This document shows positions 16,213 through 24,945 of a stretch of 32,000 nt of DNA, one piece after another. The notes below the pieces were generated by a model. It worked only from the letters and a program-made list of their open reading frames with translations, was not told where the DNA came from and did not search any database. The stretch is taken from positions 493,750 through 525,749 of the forward strand of contig CBDCSG010000008.1 of the NCBI GenBank assembly GCA_965221525.1, read 5' to 3'. Numbering within the stretch: position 1 is the stretch's first letter; the number at the start of each line of letters is the position of its first letter. The DNA is from Acidimicrobiales bacterium (GTDB lineage: Bacteria > Actinomycetota > Acidimicrobiia > Acidimicrobiales > CATQHL01). Made by a program: the position numbers and the translations under genes.

Positions 16213-17748
16213 ATGAAGGTACCGCTGACCGTCCGTGACTTCATCGACCGCGCCGCGCTGGTCTATCCCGACCGTGAGGCCCTGATCGACGAGCCGGACC
16301 AGCCGGCGCCGAGTTGGGGGACGCTGACGTACGGCGAGGTGGCGGCGCGCACCCGCGCTCTGGCCTGCGCGCTCGACGGCCTGGGTGTCGGGGAGGGCGA
16401 GCGGGTGGCGATCGTGTCCCACAACGCCGCCCGCCTGGCGACGGTGATGCTGGGGGCCAGCGCGGCGGGCCGCATCTCGGTGCCGGTGAACTTCCGCCTC
16501 AACGCCGCGGAGGTCGACTACATCATCGCCCACTGCGGTGCCCGGCTGCTGCTGATCGACCCCGAAGTGGCCGACGACCTCGCCGGTGTGGACTGCGAGC
16601 ACCGCTTCGTCCTCGGTCCCGAGGCCGACGCTGTCCTCTTCGCCGAGACCGGTGCCGAGCCGCGCCCCTGGGAGCCGGACGAGGACGCCACCGCCGCCAT
16701 CAACTACACCAGCGGCACCACGGCGCGGCCCAAAGGCGTGCAGGTCACGCATCGCACGCTGTGGCTCAACGCGGTCACGTTCGGCTGGAGCGCCGGGGTG
16801 CGCGACCGCGACGTCTACCTGCACACCCTGCCCATGTTCCACTGCAACGGCTGGGGGATGCCGTACACCCTCACCGGGGCGGGCGCCACCCAGGTGGTGA
16901 TCCGCAAGATCGACGGCGCCGAGATCCTGCGGCGCATCGAGCGTCACGGCGTCACCTACCTGTGCGGGGCGCCCGCAGTGGTCGCCGCGGTCCTGGCGGC
17001 CGCCGAGGACTGGCCGGGACCCATCCCCGGCTCGGGCACCGTGCGCATGACGGTGGCGGGTGCGCCCCCGCCGACGCGCACCATCGAGCGCATGGAGACC
17101 GATCTGGGCTGGGAGTGCATGCAGCTCTACGGGCTCACCGAGACGGCGCCCTACCTCACGATGAACCGGGTGCGCCCCGAATGGGACGACCTGACACCCG
17201 CCGAGCGGGCCGAGCGGCTGGTGCGCCAGGGCGCGCCGGCGCTGGGCATCCGCCTGCGCGTCTCGCCCGACGGCGAGGTGGAGGCCCGGGGCAACCACGT
17301 CATGGAGGGCTACTGGGAGCAGCCCGAGACCACCGCCGAGGCACTCGCCGGCGGCTGGTTCCACACCGGCGACGGCGGCTACCTGGACGGCGACGGGTAC
17401 CTGGTGCTGACCGACCGGCGCAAGGACGTGATCATCAGCGGCGGCGAGAACGTCTCCTCGATCGAGGTGGAGGACTGCCTGTTCGCCCACCCCGCCGTCG
17501 CCGAGGTGGCGGTGATCGGCGTCCCCCACGAGCGCTGGGGCGAGACCCCAAAGGCCCTGGTGGTGCTTTCCCCCGGGGCCGAGGCCACCGAGCAGGAGTT
17601 GATCGACCACTGCCGGGAACACCTGGCGCACTACAAGTGCCCCACCTCGGTGGAGTTCCGCGACGCCCTGTTCCGCACCGCCACGGGCAAGCTCCAGAAG
17701 TACAAGCTCCGCGCCCCCTACTGGGCCGACCAAGAGCGCGCCATCTGA
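16213..17748 (+). CDS. AMP-dependent acyl-CoA synthetase/ligase (FadD-like)
   Basis: AMP-binding motif INYTSGTTARPKGVQVTH, plus GWFHTGDGGYLDGDGYLVLTDRRKDVIISGGENVSS and the C-terminal TATGKLQKYKLR. GGGAGGG lies upstream of the ATG. Confidence 0.9.
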   Translation: MKVPLTVRDFIDRAALVYPDREALIDEPDQPAPSWGTLTYGEVAARTRALACALDGLGVGEGERVAIVSHNAARLATVMLGASAAGRISVPVNFRLNAAEVDYIIAHCGARLLLIDPEVADDLAGVDCEHRFVLGPEADAVLFAETGAEPRPWEPDEDATAAINYTSGTTARPKGVQVTHRTLWLNAVTFGWSAGVRDRDVYLHTLPMFHCNGWGMPYTLTGAGATQVVIRKIDGAEILRRIERHGVTYLCGAPAVVAAVLAAAEDWPGPIPGSGTVRMTVAGAPPPTRTIERMETDLGWECMQLYGLTETAPYLTMNRVRPEWDDLTPAERAERLVRQGAPALGIRLRVSPDGEVEARGNHVMEGYWEQPETTAEALAGGWFHTGDGGYLDGDGYLVLTDRRKDVIISGGENVSSIEVEDCLFAHPAVAEVAVIGVPHERWGETPKALVVLSPGAEATEQELIDHCREHLAHYKCPTSVEFRDALFRTATGKLQKYKLRAPYWADQERAI

Positions 17749-17756
17749 GCCATTCG

Positions 17757-17811
17757 TCGTCGCCGCGGCCTGCGAGTCATCGGGCGGCCGCGCGCTGCAC
17801 GGCGGCGACGA
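17757..17811 (+). terminator. Long-loop GC hairpin just after the acyl-CoA ligase stop (candidate terminator)
   Basis: TCGTCGCCGC (17757-17766) is perfectly complementary to GCGGCGACGA (17802-17811). It begins 9 nt after the TGA (17746-17748). There is no U-tract and the loop is 35 nt. Confidence 0.3.
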
Positions 17812-17841
17812 GAGTCCGGGGAGAAGGCTCGGTCTCGGCAC

Positions 17842-17925
17842 GGGCGTCCGGTCGGGGGGCGGGGTGCCGTTTGCTCCTTCGGCGCGGGCGCAAGGCGTCG
17901 CAAGTCGGCCCCCCGACCCCCTCCC
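17842..17925 (+). repeat. Intergenic hairpin repeat, copy A (G-rich 5' arm / C-rich 3' arm)
   Basis: Near-identical to 19161-19246, with a 39-bp identical core at 17866-17904. The arms GGTCGGGGGGC (17850-17860) and GCCCCCCGACC (17908-17918) are complementary. Weaker similarity continues to ~17952. Confidence 0.8.
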
Positions 17926-18063
17926 GGCCGTGTCGGCGCGTGCCCGGTGGCGCCTGATTCACACAGTTCTCTGTATCGTGCCAGCGGCGGGGGTGCCGGC
18001 CATCGGTCGCCCGGCGGCCCCCGGGATCAGCGGTGATCTTTTCTGCTTCCCTCATCCGCCATC

Positions 18064-18082
18064 GCCGACGGGTCTCGTCGGC
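18064..18082 (+). promoter_or_regulatory. Hairpin in the glnII leader next to the ribosome-binding site
   Basis: GCCGACG-ggtct-CGTCGGC has a perfect 7-bp stem. It ends 9 nt upstream of AAGGAG (18090-18095) and 20 nt upstream of the ATG at 18103. A pyrimidine-rich run (TTTTCTGCTTCCCTCATCC) precedes it. Confidence 0.3.
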
Positions 18083-18102
18083 TGCACGCAAGGAGAAAAA
18101 CG

Positions 18103-19116
18103 ATGGTCTACAGGGCCGAGTACATATGGGTGGACGGATCGGTGCCCACCGCCGAGGTGCGATCCAAGACGAGGGTCCTCGCCGACGGTGAGGAACCCGG
18201 GATCTGGGGCTTCGACGGCTCCAGCACCAACCAGGCGGAGGGCAGCGACTCCGACGTCGTGCTGAAGCCGGTCTTCACCTGCCCCGACCCGCTGCGCGGC
18301 GGCGACAACGTGTTGGTGATGAACGAGACGCTCCTGCCCCAGACGATGGAGCCGCATCCCACCAACATGCGGGCGAAGACCCGCGCCGTCCTCGACAAGT
18401 ACGGTGACCAGGACTTCTGGTTCGGCCTCGAGCAGGAATACACCATGCTGGATCCGGTCACGAAGTGGCCGTCGGGCTTCCCGCCCAACGGTTTCCCCGG
18501 CCCGCAGGGTCCGTACTACTGCGGCGTGGGCGCGCTGCGCATCCACGGGCGCGAGGTCGTCGAGCAGCACACGGATTGGTGCATCGCGGCCGAACTCGCC
18601 ATCTCCGGAACCAACGCCGAGGTGATGCCGGGGCAGTGGGAGTTCCAGATCGGCCCGGCGGATCCACTCGCCGTGGGCGATCACATCTGGGTGGCCCGCT
18701 ACCTGCTGTACCGCGCCGGTGAGGACCACGAGATCGAGGTCAGCCTGGCGGCCAAGCCGATGCAGGGCGACTGGAACGGTGCGGGCATGCACACCAACGT
18801 GTCCACCGCGTCCATGCGCCGGAAATACGAGGCCGTGGTGGCCGCCGCCGAGGCGCTGGGCGCCGCCGGCAAGCCCGAGGAGCACATCGCGGGCTACGGC
18901 GACGGCATCGAACTCCGCCTCACCGGCGCGCACGAGACCGAGCGCTATGACACCTACAGCTACGGCGTGTCGGATCGGGGCGCCTCGGTGCGCATCCCCT
19001 GGCAGGTGCACCAGGACGGGCACGGCTACATCGAGGATCGCCGGCCGAACGCCAATGCCGACCCCTACGTGGTGACCAGGCTGCTGGTCCAGACGATCGG
19101 TGAGGCTCTGGCCTGA
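18103..19116 (+). CDS. glnII: Glutamine synthetase type II (eukaryote-like GSII)
   Basis: 337 aa with GSII hallmarks: YIWVDG, WGFDGSSTNQA, FGLEQEY, GPYYCGVG, NAEVMPGQWEFQIGP, KPMQGDWNGAGMHTN and RGASVRIP. A strong AAGGAG RBS is present. Confidence 0.95.
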   Translation: MVYRAEYIWVDGSVPTAEVRSKTRVLADGEEPGIWGFDGSSTNQAEGSDSDVVLKPVFTCPDPLRGGDNVLVMNETLLPQTMEPHPTNMRAKTRAVLDKYGDQDFWFGLEQEYTMLDPVTKWPSGFPPNGFPGPQGPYYCGVGALRIHGREVVEQHTDWCIAAELAISGTNAEVMPGQWEFQIGPADPLAVGDHIWVARYLLYRAGEDHEIEVSLAAKPMQGDWNGAGMHTNVSTASMRRKYEAVVAAAEALGAAGKPEEHIAGYGDGIELRLTGAHETERYDTYSYGVSDRGASVRIPWQVHQDGHGYIEDRRPNANADPYVVTRLLVQTIGEALA

Positions 19117-19160
19117 CGAACCCCGCCCCGGCGCGCCCGGCCCCCGCCCCCGGGGTTGTT

Positions 19161-19246
19161 GGGCGTCCGGTCGGGGGCGGCGGTGGCCGTTTGCTCCTTC
19201 GGCGCGGGCGCAAGGCGTCGCAAGCCGGCCCCCGGCGCCCCCTCCC
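19161..19246 (+). repeat. Intergenic hairpin repeat, copy B
   Basis: Same orientation as copy A, with the identical 39-bp core at 19186-19224. The arms GGTCGGGGGC (19169-19178) and GCCCCCGG (19228-19235) are each one G/C shorter than in copy A. It lies between the convergent glnII and fumarate hydratase genes. Perfect 13-mers GGGTTGTTGGGCG at 19153-19165 and 19248-19260 flank it. Confidence 0.8.
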
Positions 19247-19273
19247 TGGGTTGTTGGGCGCCCGCGGTGGCGG

Positions 19274-20905
<1,632 letters not shown>

Positions 20906-21048
20906 AGCGGGCCCTCGTCGCTCCGGGGGTTGCCGGCTGTCCGGGCGGCGCTGCCGGTGGCGCTCCGGCGGCCTCGAAATGGCCGCCTTCGCCGGCCCCG
21001 ACATCCCCGCCCTCGAGGGTCAACGGTACCCGGTGAACGGGTGGTTCC

Positions 21049-21537
21049 TCAGCCCTCCGCGGGCGTGCCGGCGTAGGGGGCCGGGTCGTCCCGGGTGGGG
21101 ATGGTGGGCTTGCTCCAACTCATGGCCCTCGCCAGCCCGCTGGTGACTGTCCGCCATGCCTTCGGCCTCCACCCCTCCGCCGAGCCGAGCACCTCGAGAG
21201 AGTGGTTCAGATGAACGATGGCGGGCAGGCGCTCCAGCCCGAGCCCGCGCACCATCTCGCGGTCGGGATCGGCGAAGGTCAGGAACCGGTCTGCCCACGT
21301 GCCCAGGAACTGCCGTGCCTGGTCGCCGGTCCCGCACACCAACCAGCCCACCCGGCAGTCGGCCCCGGAGAAGTTGCCCATGACACGGCCGGCCGTCGGC
21401 AGGATCCAGCTGCTCTCGTAGGTGAAGGGGTCGAGCGCCACGACGACGAGGTGGAACGTCGTGACCCATTCCTCCACGGGGCGGGGCTTGCCCGTCAGCG
21501 GTTCCAGGATCAGATCGGGCGGGGGTGCGGTTGCCAC
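21049..21537 (-). CDS. Hypothetical protein, thioredoxin/redoxin-like fold lacking the CxxC motif
   Basis: 162 aa; GTG at 21537 is preceded by GGAG. The pattern HLVVVALDPFTYESSWILPTAGRVM...FADPDREMVRGLGLERLPAIVHL resembles redoxin/TlpA-like proteins, with TYES where WCxxC would sit. This is a weak, by-eye assignment. Confidence 0.4.
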   Translation of the reverse strand: MATAPPPDLILEPLTGKPRPVEEWVTTFHLVVVALDPFTYESSWILPTAGRVMGNFSGADCRVGWLVCGTGDQARQFLGTWADRFLTFADPDREMVRGLGLERLPAIVHLNHSLEVLGSAEGWRPKAWRTVTSGLARAMSWSKPTIPTRDDPAPYAGTPAEG

Positions 21538-21650
21538 GGTCTCCGAAGCTAGCGCCCCTCAGCGGGTTCCCGGCGCCTACCGCGCGGTGCCCTGGGAGCA
21601 CGCGAGCGCGTGCCCGTCCCGTCCGCGACACTGCCGGGGTGCGCGACGTG

Positions 21651-22559
21651 ATGGTCCCAGCCGGTCACCAGGCCACGGCCGCCTCGCCTGGCCCCCCGGA
21701 TGCGGGTGCGCGAATCCAGGACGCGCTGCTGGCGTGGGCGCAGCGGGGACTGCGAGACCTGCCCTGGCGGCGGACCCGCGATCCGTGGCGAGTCCTGGTG
21801 GCCGAGGTGATGTTGCAACAGACCGGCGTCTCCCGGGTCATCGATCGCTACGAGCGCTTCTGCCACCGGTTCCCGACGCCGGAGTCCTGCGCGGCCGCGC
21901 CGGCCGGCGATGTCATTGAGGCATGGAGTGGTCTGGGCTACAACCGCCGGGCGCTGCACCTGCATGCCGCGGCGTGCCGGATCACGGCTGACGGTGGCGA
22001 CTTCCCTCGCAGCGTCGAGGGCTTGGTCGCATTGCCGGGTGTGGGGCCGTACACCGCTCGGGCCGTGCTGGTCTTCGCCTTCGAGCAGCACGCCGCTGTC
22101 GTCGACACCAACGTGGGTCGGCTGCTGGCACGCCTGGGAGGGAGGCGGCTGTCGCGGCCCGAGGCGCAGGCCCTCGCCGACCGGCTTGTGCCCAAGGGGA
22201 ATGCCTGGCTCTGGAACCAGGCGTTGTTCGACCTCGGAGCCGGCGTCTGCAGCCGCCGCGCTCCGGCCTGCGGTCGCTGCCCGCTACGGGAGGGCTGCGC
22301 CTGGCGGGGAGACGGTCCCGATCCGGCCGACGGCTCGGCGGGAGTGAGCGTCGCCCAGTCCCGCTTCGAGGGATCCGACCGCCAGGGCCGGGGACGCCTC
22401 GTGGAGGTGCTGCGCGCCGGCCCGCAGCCCGCGGCGGCGGCACCGCGGCTCATGGGTCTCGAGGCCGACGCGCCGCGGGCACGCCGGATCGTCCGGTCCC
22501 TGCAGCACGACGGACTCGTCGTCGAGCGCGACGGCGTGCTGCGATTGCCGGACGCGTAG
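21651..22559 (+). CDS. mutY: A/G-specific adenine DNA glycosylase (MutY family)
   Basis: HhH-GPD region (DLPWRRTRDPWRVLVAEVMLQQT, GLGYNRRA, LPGVGPYTARAVLVFAF...VDTNV) and an Fe-S cluster loop CSRRAPACGRCPLREGC. The start could be ATG 21651 or GTG 21648. The ORF-track start at 21525 would overlap the divergent gene. Confidence 0.8.
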   Translation: MVPAGHQATAASPGPPDAGARIQDALLAWAQRGLRDLPWRRTRDPWRVLVAEVMLQQTGVSRVIDRYERFCHRFPTPESCAAAPAGDVIEAWSGLGYNRRALHLHAAACRITADGGDFPRSVEGLVALPGVGPYTARAVLVFAFEQHAAVVDTNVGRLLARLGGRRLSRPEAQALADRLVPKGNAWLWNQALFDLGAGVCSRRAPACGRCPLREGCAWRGDGPDPADGSAGVSVAQSRFEGSDRQGRGRLVEVLRAGPQPAAAAPRLMGLEADAPRARRIVRSLQHDGLVVERDGVLRLPDA

Positions 22560-22561
22560 CG

Positions 22562-22589
22562 CCGGCGGCACCGTCACCGGTGCGGCCGG
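22562..22589. terminator. Hairpin filling the 36-bp gap between convergent mutY and the SMP-30-like gene
   Basis: CCGGC-g-GCACCG tcac CGGTGC-g-GCCGG gives 11 bp of pairing with one G/G mismatch and a 4-nt loop. Confidence 0.4.
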
Positions 22590-22595
22590 TCCGCT

Positions 22596-23477
22596 TCAGG
22601 CGATGCTGCCCCGGAACGGCGTCATGCCCTCCACACCGAGGTCGATGCGCAGCAGGCGCCCGTCCATGGGAGCATCGGCGGTCACCTCGGTGATGTCGCC
22701 GAAGTCGGTGACCCACATGTCGGTGCCGTCGAAGCAGCAGTTCAGCGGAACGTGGGGGCACTCCAGGTAGTCCAGGTAGGTGCCGTCGGGGGCGATGACG
22801 TCGATGACGCCGGCCATGAACGCCGTGATCCAGTAGTTGCCTTCGGCGTCCAGCTTGAAGCCGTCGGGGATGTGGCCCTCGGGGAGTGTGCAGATGTGCT
22901 CGATGGTGCCGTCGGGGCGGAAGCGGTTGACGTCCAGCGTGTAGGACTCGACCCAGACGACGCTGCCGTCGGGATCCACCGCGCACCCGTTGGTGTAGAC
23001 GGGTTCCAACTCCACCAGTACCCGCCCGGTGCCGTCGGGGAAGATCTCGAAGATGCGGCTGGGGTCGGGCTTGTTCTCCTGGTCCCACTCGCCGGAGTCC
23101 GTGAAGTACAGCGAGCCGTTCGGCCCGAAGGCCAGGTCGTTGGGGGCGTTGAGCGCCACGCCCTCGATCTCGGTGGCCACGTAGCTGACGGTGCCGTCGG
23201 GCTTTATCCGCTGGATCGACGGCGTCACCTGGTCGCGGGCCTTCCACGCTCCGACCGTTCCGCCGTTCTGGGTGACGTAGACGTCCCCGTCGCTGCCGAC
23301 GATGCAGGCGTTCGTGCCGCCCCCGCAGTAGCCGTAGAGCGAGACCCCCTTGCCCTCTTCCCAGACCTTGACGTCGCTGGTGTACGTCTCGACGAACACC
23401 ACCCGCCCGTCGGGCAGCATGTCGGGGCCCTCGGGGTGGCCCAGACCCCCCGCCATCACCTCGATCGGTCGCTGCAT
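22596..23477 (-). CDS. SMP-30/gluconolactonase/LRE-like beta-propeller protein
   Basis: Repeated blade motifs (EGPDMLPDGRVVF, GSDGDVYVT, PNDLAFGPNGSLYFTD, TNGCAVDPDGSVVWV, PDGFKLDAEGNYWI). A strong GGAAGGAGGAG RBS is present. It lies 16 nt downstream of fabI on the same strand. Confidence 0.75.
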   Translation of the reverse strand: MQRPIEVMAGGLGHPEGPDMLPDGRVVFVETYTSDVKVWEEGKGVSLYGYCGGGTNACIVGSDGDVYVTQNGGTVGAWKARDQVTPSIQRIKPDGTVSYVATEIEGVALNAPNDLAFGPNGSLYFTDSGEWDQENKPDPSRIFEIFPDGTGRVLVELEPVYTNGCAVDPDGSVVWVESYTLDVNRFRPDGTIEHICTLPEGHIPDGFKLDAEGNYWITAFMAGVIDVIAPDGTYLDYLECPHVPLNCCFDGTDMWVTDFGDITEVTADAPMDGRLLRIDLGVEGMTPFRGSIA

Positions 23478-23493
23478 GACTCCTCCTTCCGGT

Positions 23494-24261
23494 TCAGGCT
23501 CCCATGGCGTGGTAGCCGCCGTCCACGTGCAGCATCTCGCCGGTGGTGGCTCCCAGCCAATCCGACAGCAGCAGAACGCAGGCCCGGGCGACCGGGTCCG
23601 CGTTGCCCACGTCCCAGCCCAGCGGGGCGCGCTGCGTCCAGGCGTCCTCGAAGGCGGCGAAGCCGGGGATGGAGCGGGCGGCCATCGTCCGGATCGGGCC
23701 CGCCGCCACGAGGTTGACCCTTATGCCGCGCGGCCCGAGGTCGCGGGCCAGGTAGCGGGCCACCGACTCCAGGGCCGCCTTCGAGACGCCCATCCAGTCG
23801 TAGACCGGCCACGCCACGGTTGCGTCGAAGTCCAGCGCCACCAGGGAGCCGCCGGAGTCCATGAGCGGCGCCACGGCATCGGCCAGGGCCTTGAGGGAGT
23901 ACGCGGAGACCTCGAGCGCGACCGACACATCCTCCCAGCCGGCGGCCATGAAGTCGCCGCCCAGGCACACCTGCGGGGCGAACCCGATGGCGTGCAGGGC
24001 GCCGTCCACCCCGCCCCAGCGTTCGGTCAGCGCCTCGCGCACGGCGGTGATGTGTTCGGGCTGCGTGACGTCGAGCTCCAGCACCTCCGGGGTGGGATCC
24101 AGCTTCCGGGCGGTGCGCTCGGTGAGGCGCAGGCCGCGCCCTGCGCCGGTCAGAATCAGGTCCGCACCCTCTGCCGACGCCAGGCGAGCGACGGCGAACG
24201 CGAGGGAGGCATCGGTCAGCACGCCGGTGATCAGCAGGCGCTTGCCGGACAAGAGGCCCAT
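23494..24261 (-). CDS. fabI: NADH-dependent enoyl-ACP reductase (FabI/InhA type)
   Basis: LLSGKRLLITGVLTDASLAFAVARLASAEGADLILTG, then WMGVSKAALESVARYLARDLGPRGIRVNLVAAGPIRT and the C-terminal TGEMLHVDGGYHAMG. The start is ATG 24261 or TTG 24270. Confidence 0.85.
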   Translation of the reverse strand: MGLLSGKRLLITGVLTDASLAFAVARLASAEGADLILTGAGRGLRLTERTARKLDPTPEVLELDVTQPEHITAVREALTERWGGVDGALHAIGFAPQVCLGGDFMAAGWEDVSVALEVSAYSLKALADAVAPLMDSGGSLVALDFDATVAWPVYDWMGVSKAALESVARYLARDLGPRGIRVNLVAAGPIRTMAARSIPGFAAFEDAWTQRAPLGWDVGNADPVARACVLLLSDWLGATTGEMLHVDGGYHAMGA

Positions 24262-24272
24262 CGGTGTCAAGC

Positions 24273-24278
24273 TACCCT
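24273..24278 (+). promoter_or_regulatory. TANNNT -10-like hexamer placed for a leaderless npdG transcript
   Basis: TACCCT lies 7 nt upstream of the ATG at 24286, with no Shine-Dalgarno sequence. The whole divergent spacer to the fabI ATG (24261) is only 24 bp. Confidence 0.25.
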
Positions 24279-24285
24279 AGGCCCC

Positions 24286-24945
24286 ATGCGCATCGGTGTT
24301 CTGGGCGGAACGGGCCCAGCCGGGAAGGGCCTCGCCGTCCGGCTGGCAAGTGTTGGTTTCGAGGTGATCCTGGGATCGCGGTCGAAGTATCGGGCCATGG
24401 AGGCACGCGACAAGCTCGTCGCCGTCTGGCCCGACCGGGACCTCCTGATCGGCTCGGCCGACAACGAGGGTGCCGCCGACTGTGATCTGGTGGTGCTGGC
24501 GACTCCCTGGGACGCCGCAGCGGCGACGGTGCAGTCCGTCGAGCCGCACCTGCGGGGCAAGGTCGTGATCTCGATGTGCAACGCCCTGGCCCGCGTCGCG
24601 CACGAGTTCCAGCCGCTCGTCCCCCCGCGCGGTTCGGTTGCGGCGAGCATCCAGGCCGCCATACCCAAGGCCAAGGTGGCGGCCGCGCTGCACCATGTCC
24701 CGGCCCGGGAGCTCGGCGAGATCGATGCGCACGTGGATTCCGACGTGCTGATCTGCTCGGACCATCCCGGCGCCACCGACGCCACCGCCGAGATCGTCGC
24801 CAAGATCCCCGACCTGCGGCCGCTGGACGCCGGAGAGTTGTCCAACGCGGCCCCCATCGAGGCGTTCGCCGCCGTCCTGTTGCAGTTGAACCATCGCTAC
24901 AAGACCCGGGTGGCATTGCGCTTCACGGGTCTGAACGAGGAGTGA
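24286..24945 (+). CDS. npdG: NADPH-dependent F420 reductase (Fno/NpdG)
   Basis: MRIGVLGGTGPAGKGLAVRLASVGFEVILGSR Rossmann N-terminus, LVVLATPWDA, and the C-terminal LDAGELSNAAPIEAFAAVLLQLN typical of NpdG. 219 aa. Confidence 0.8.
   Translation: MRIGVLGGTGPAGKGLAVRLASVGFEVILGSRSKYRAMEARDKLVAVWPDRDLLIGSADNEGAADCDLVVLATPWDAAAATVQSVEPHLRGKVVISMCNALARVAHEFQPLVPPRGSVAASIQAAIPKAKVAAALHHVPARELGEIDAHVDSDVLICSDHPGATDATAEIVAKIPDLRPLDAGELSNAAPIEAFAAVLLQLNHRYKTRVALRFTGLNEE

Noticed and set aside
17950-18102. GlnR box (gTnAc-n6-GaAAc) upstream of glnII
   Set aside because: I scanned both strands by eye. The nearest resemblances (GAGAAC...GAATC on the minus strand) do not fit the spacing or consensus well enough to call.
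17864-18265. ORFs 17864-18265 and 19100-19516 (+), and 17718-17903 / 19065-19964 (-), share conserved peptides (APSARAQGVAS; LAPAPKEQTA)
   Set aside because: The shared peptides are simply the translated DNA repeat. The ORFs overlap glnII or fumA, differ outside the repeat and are low complexity.
17842-19272. Possible CRISPR array or composite transposon around glnII
   Set aside because: There are only two repeat copies 1.3 kb apart enclosing a housekeeping-type gene. No cas, transposase or integrase genes are present, and the repeats are direct, not the inverted IS ends expected of a composite transposon.
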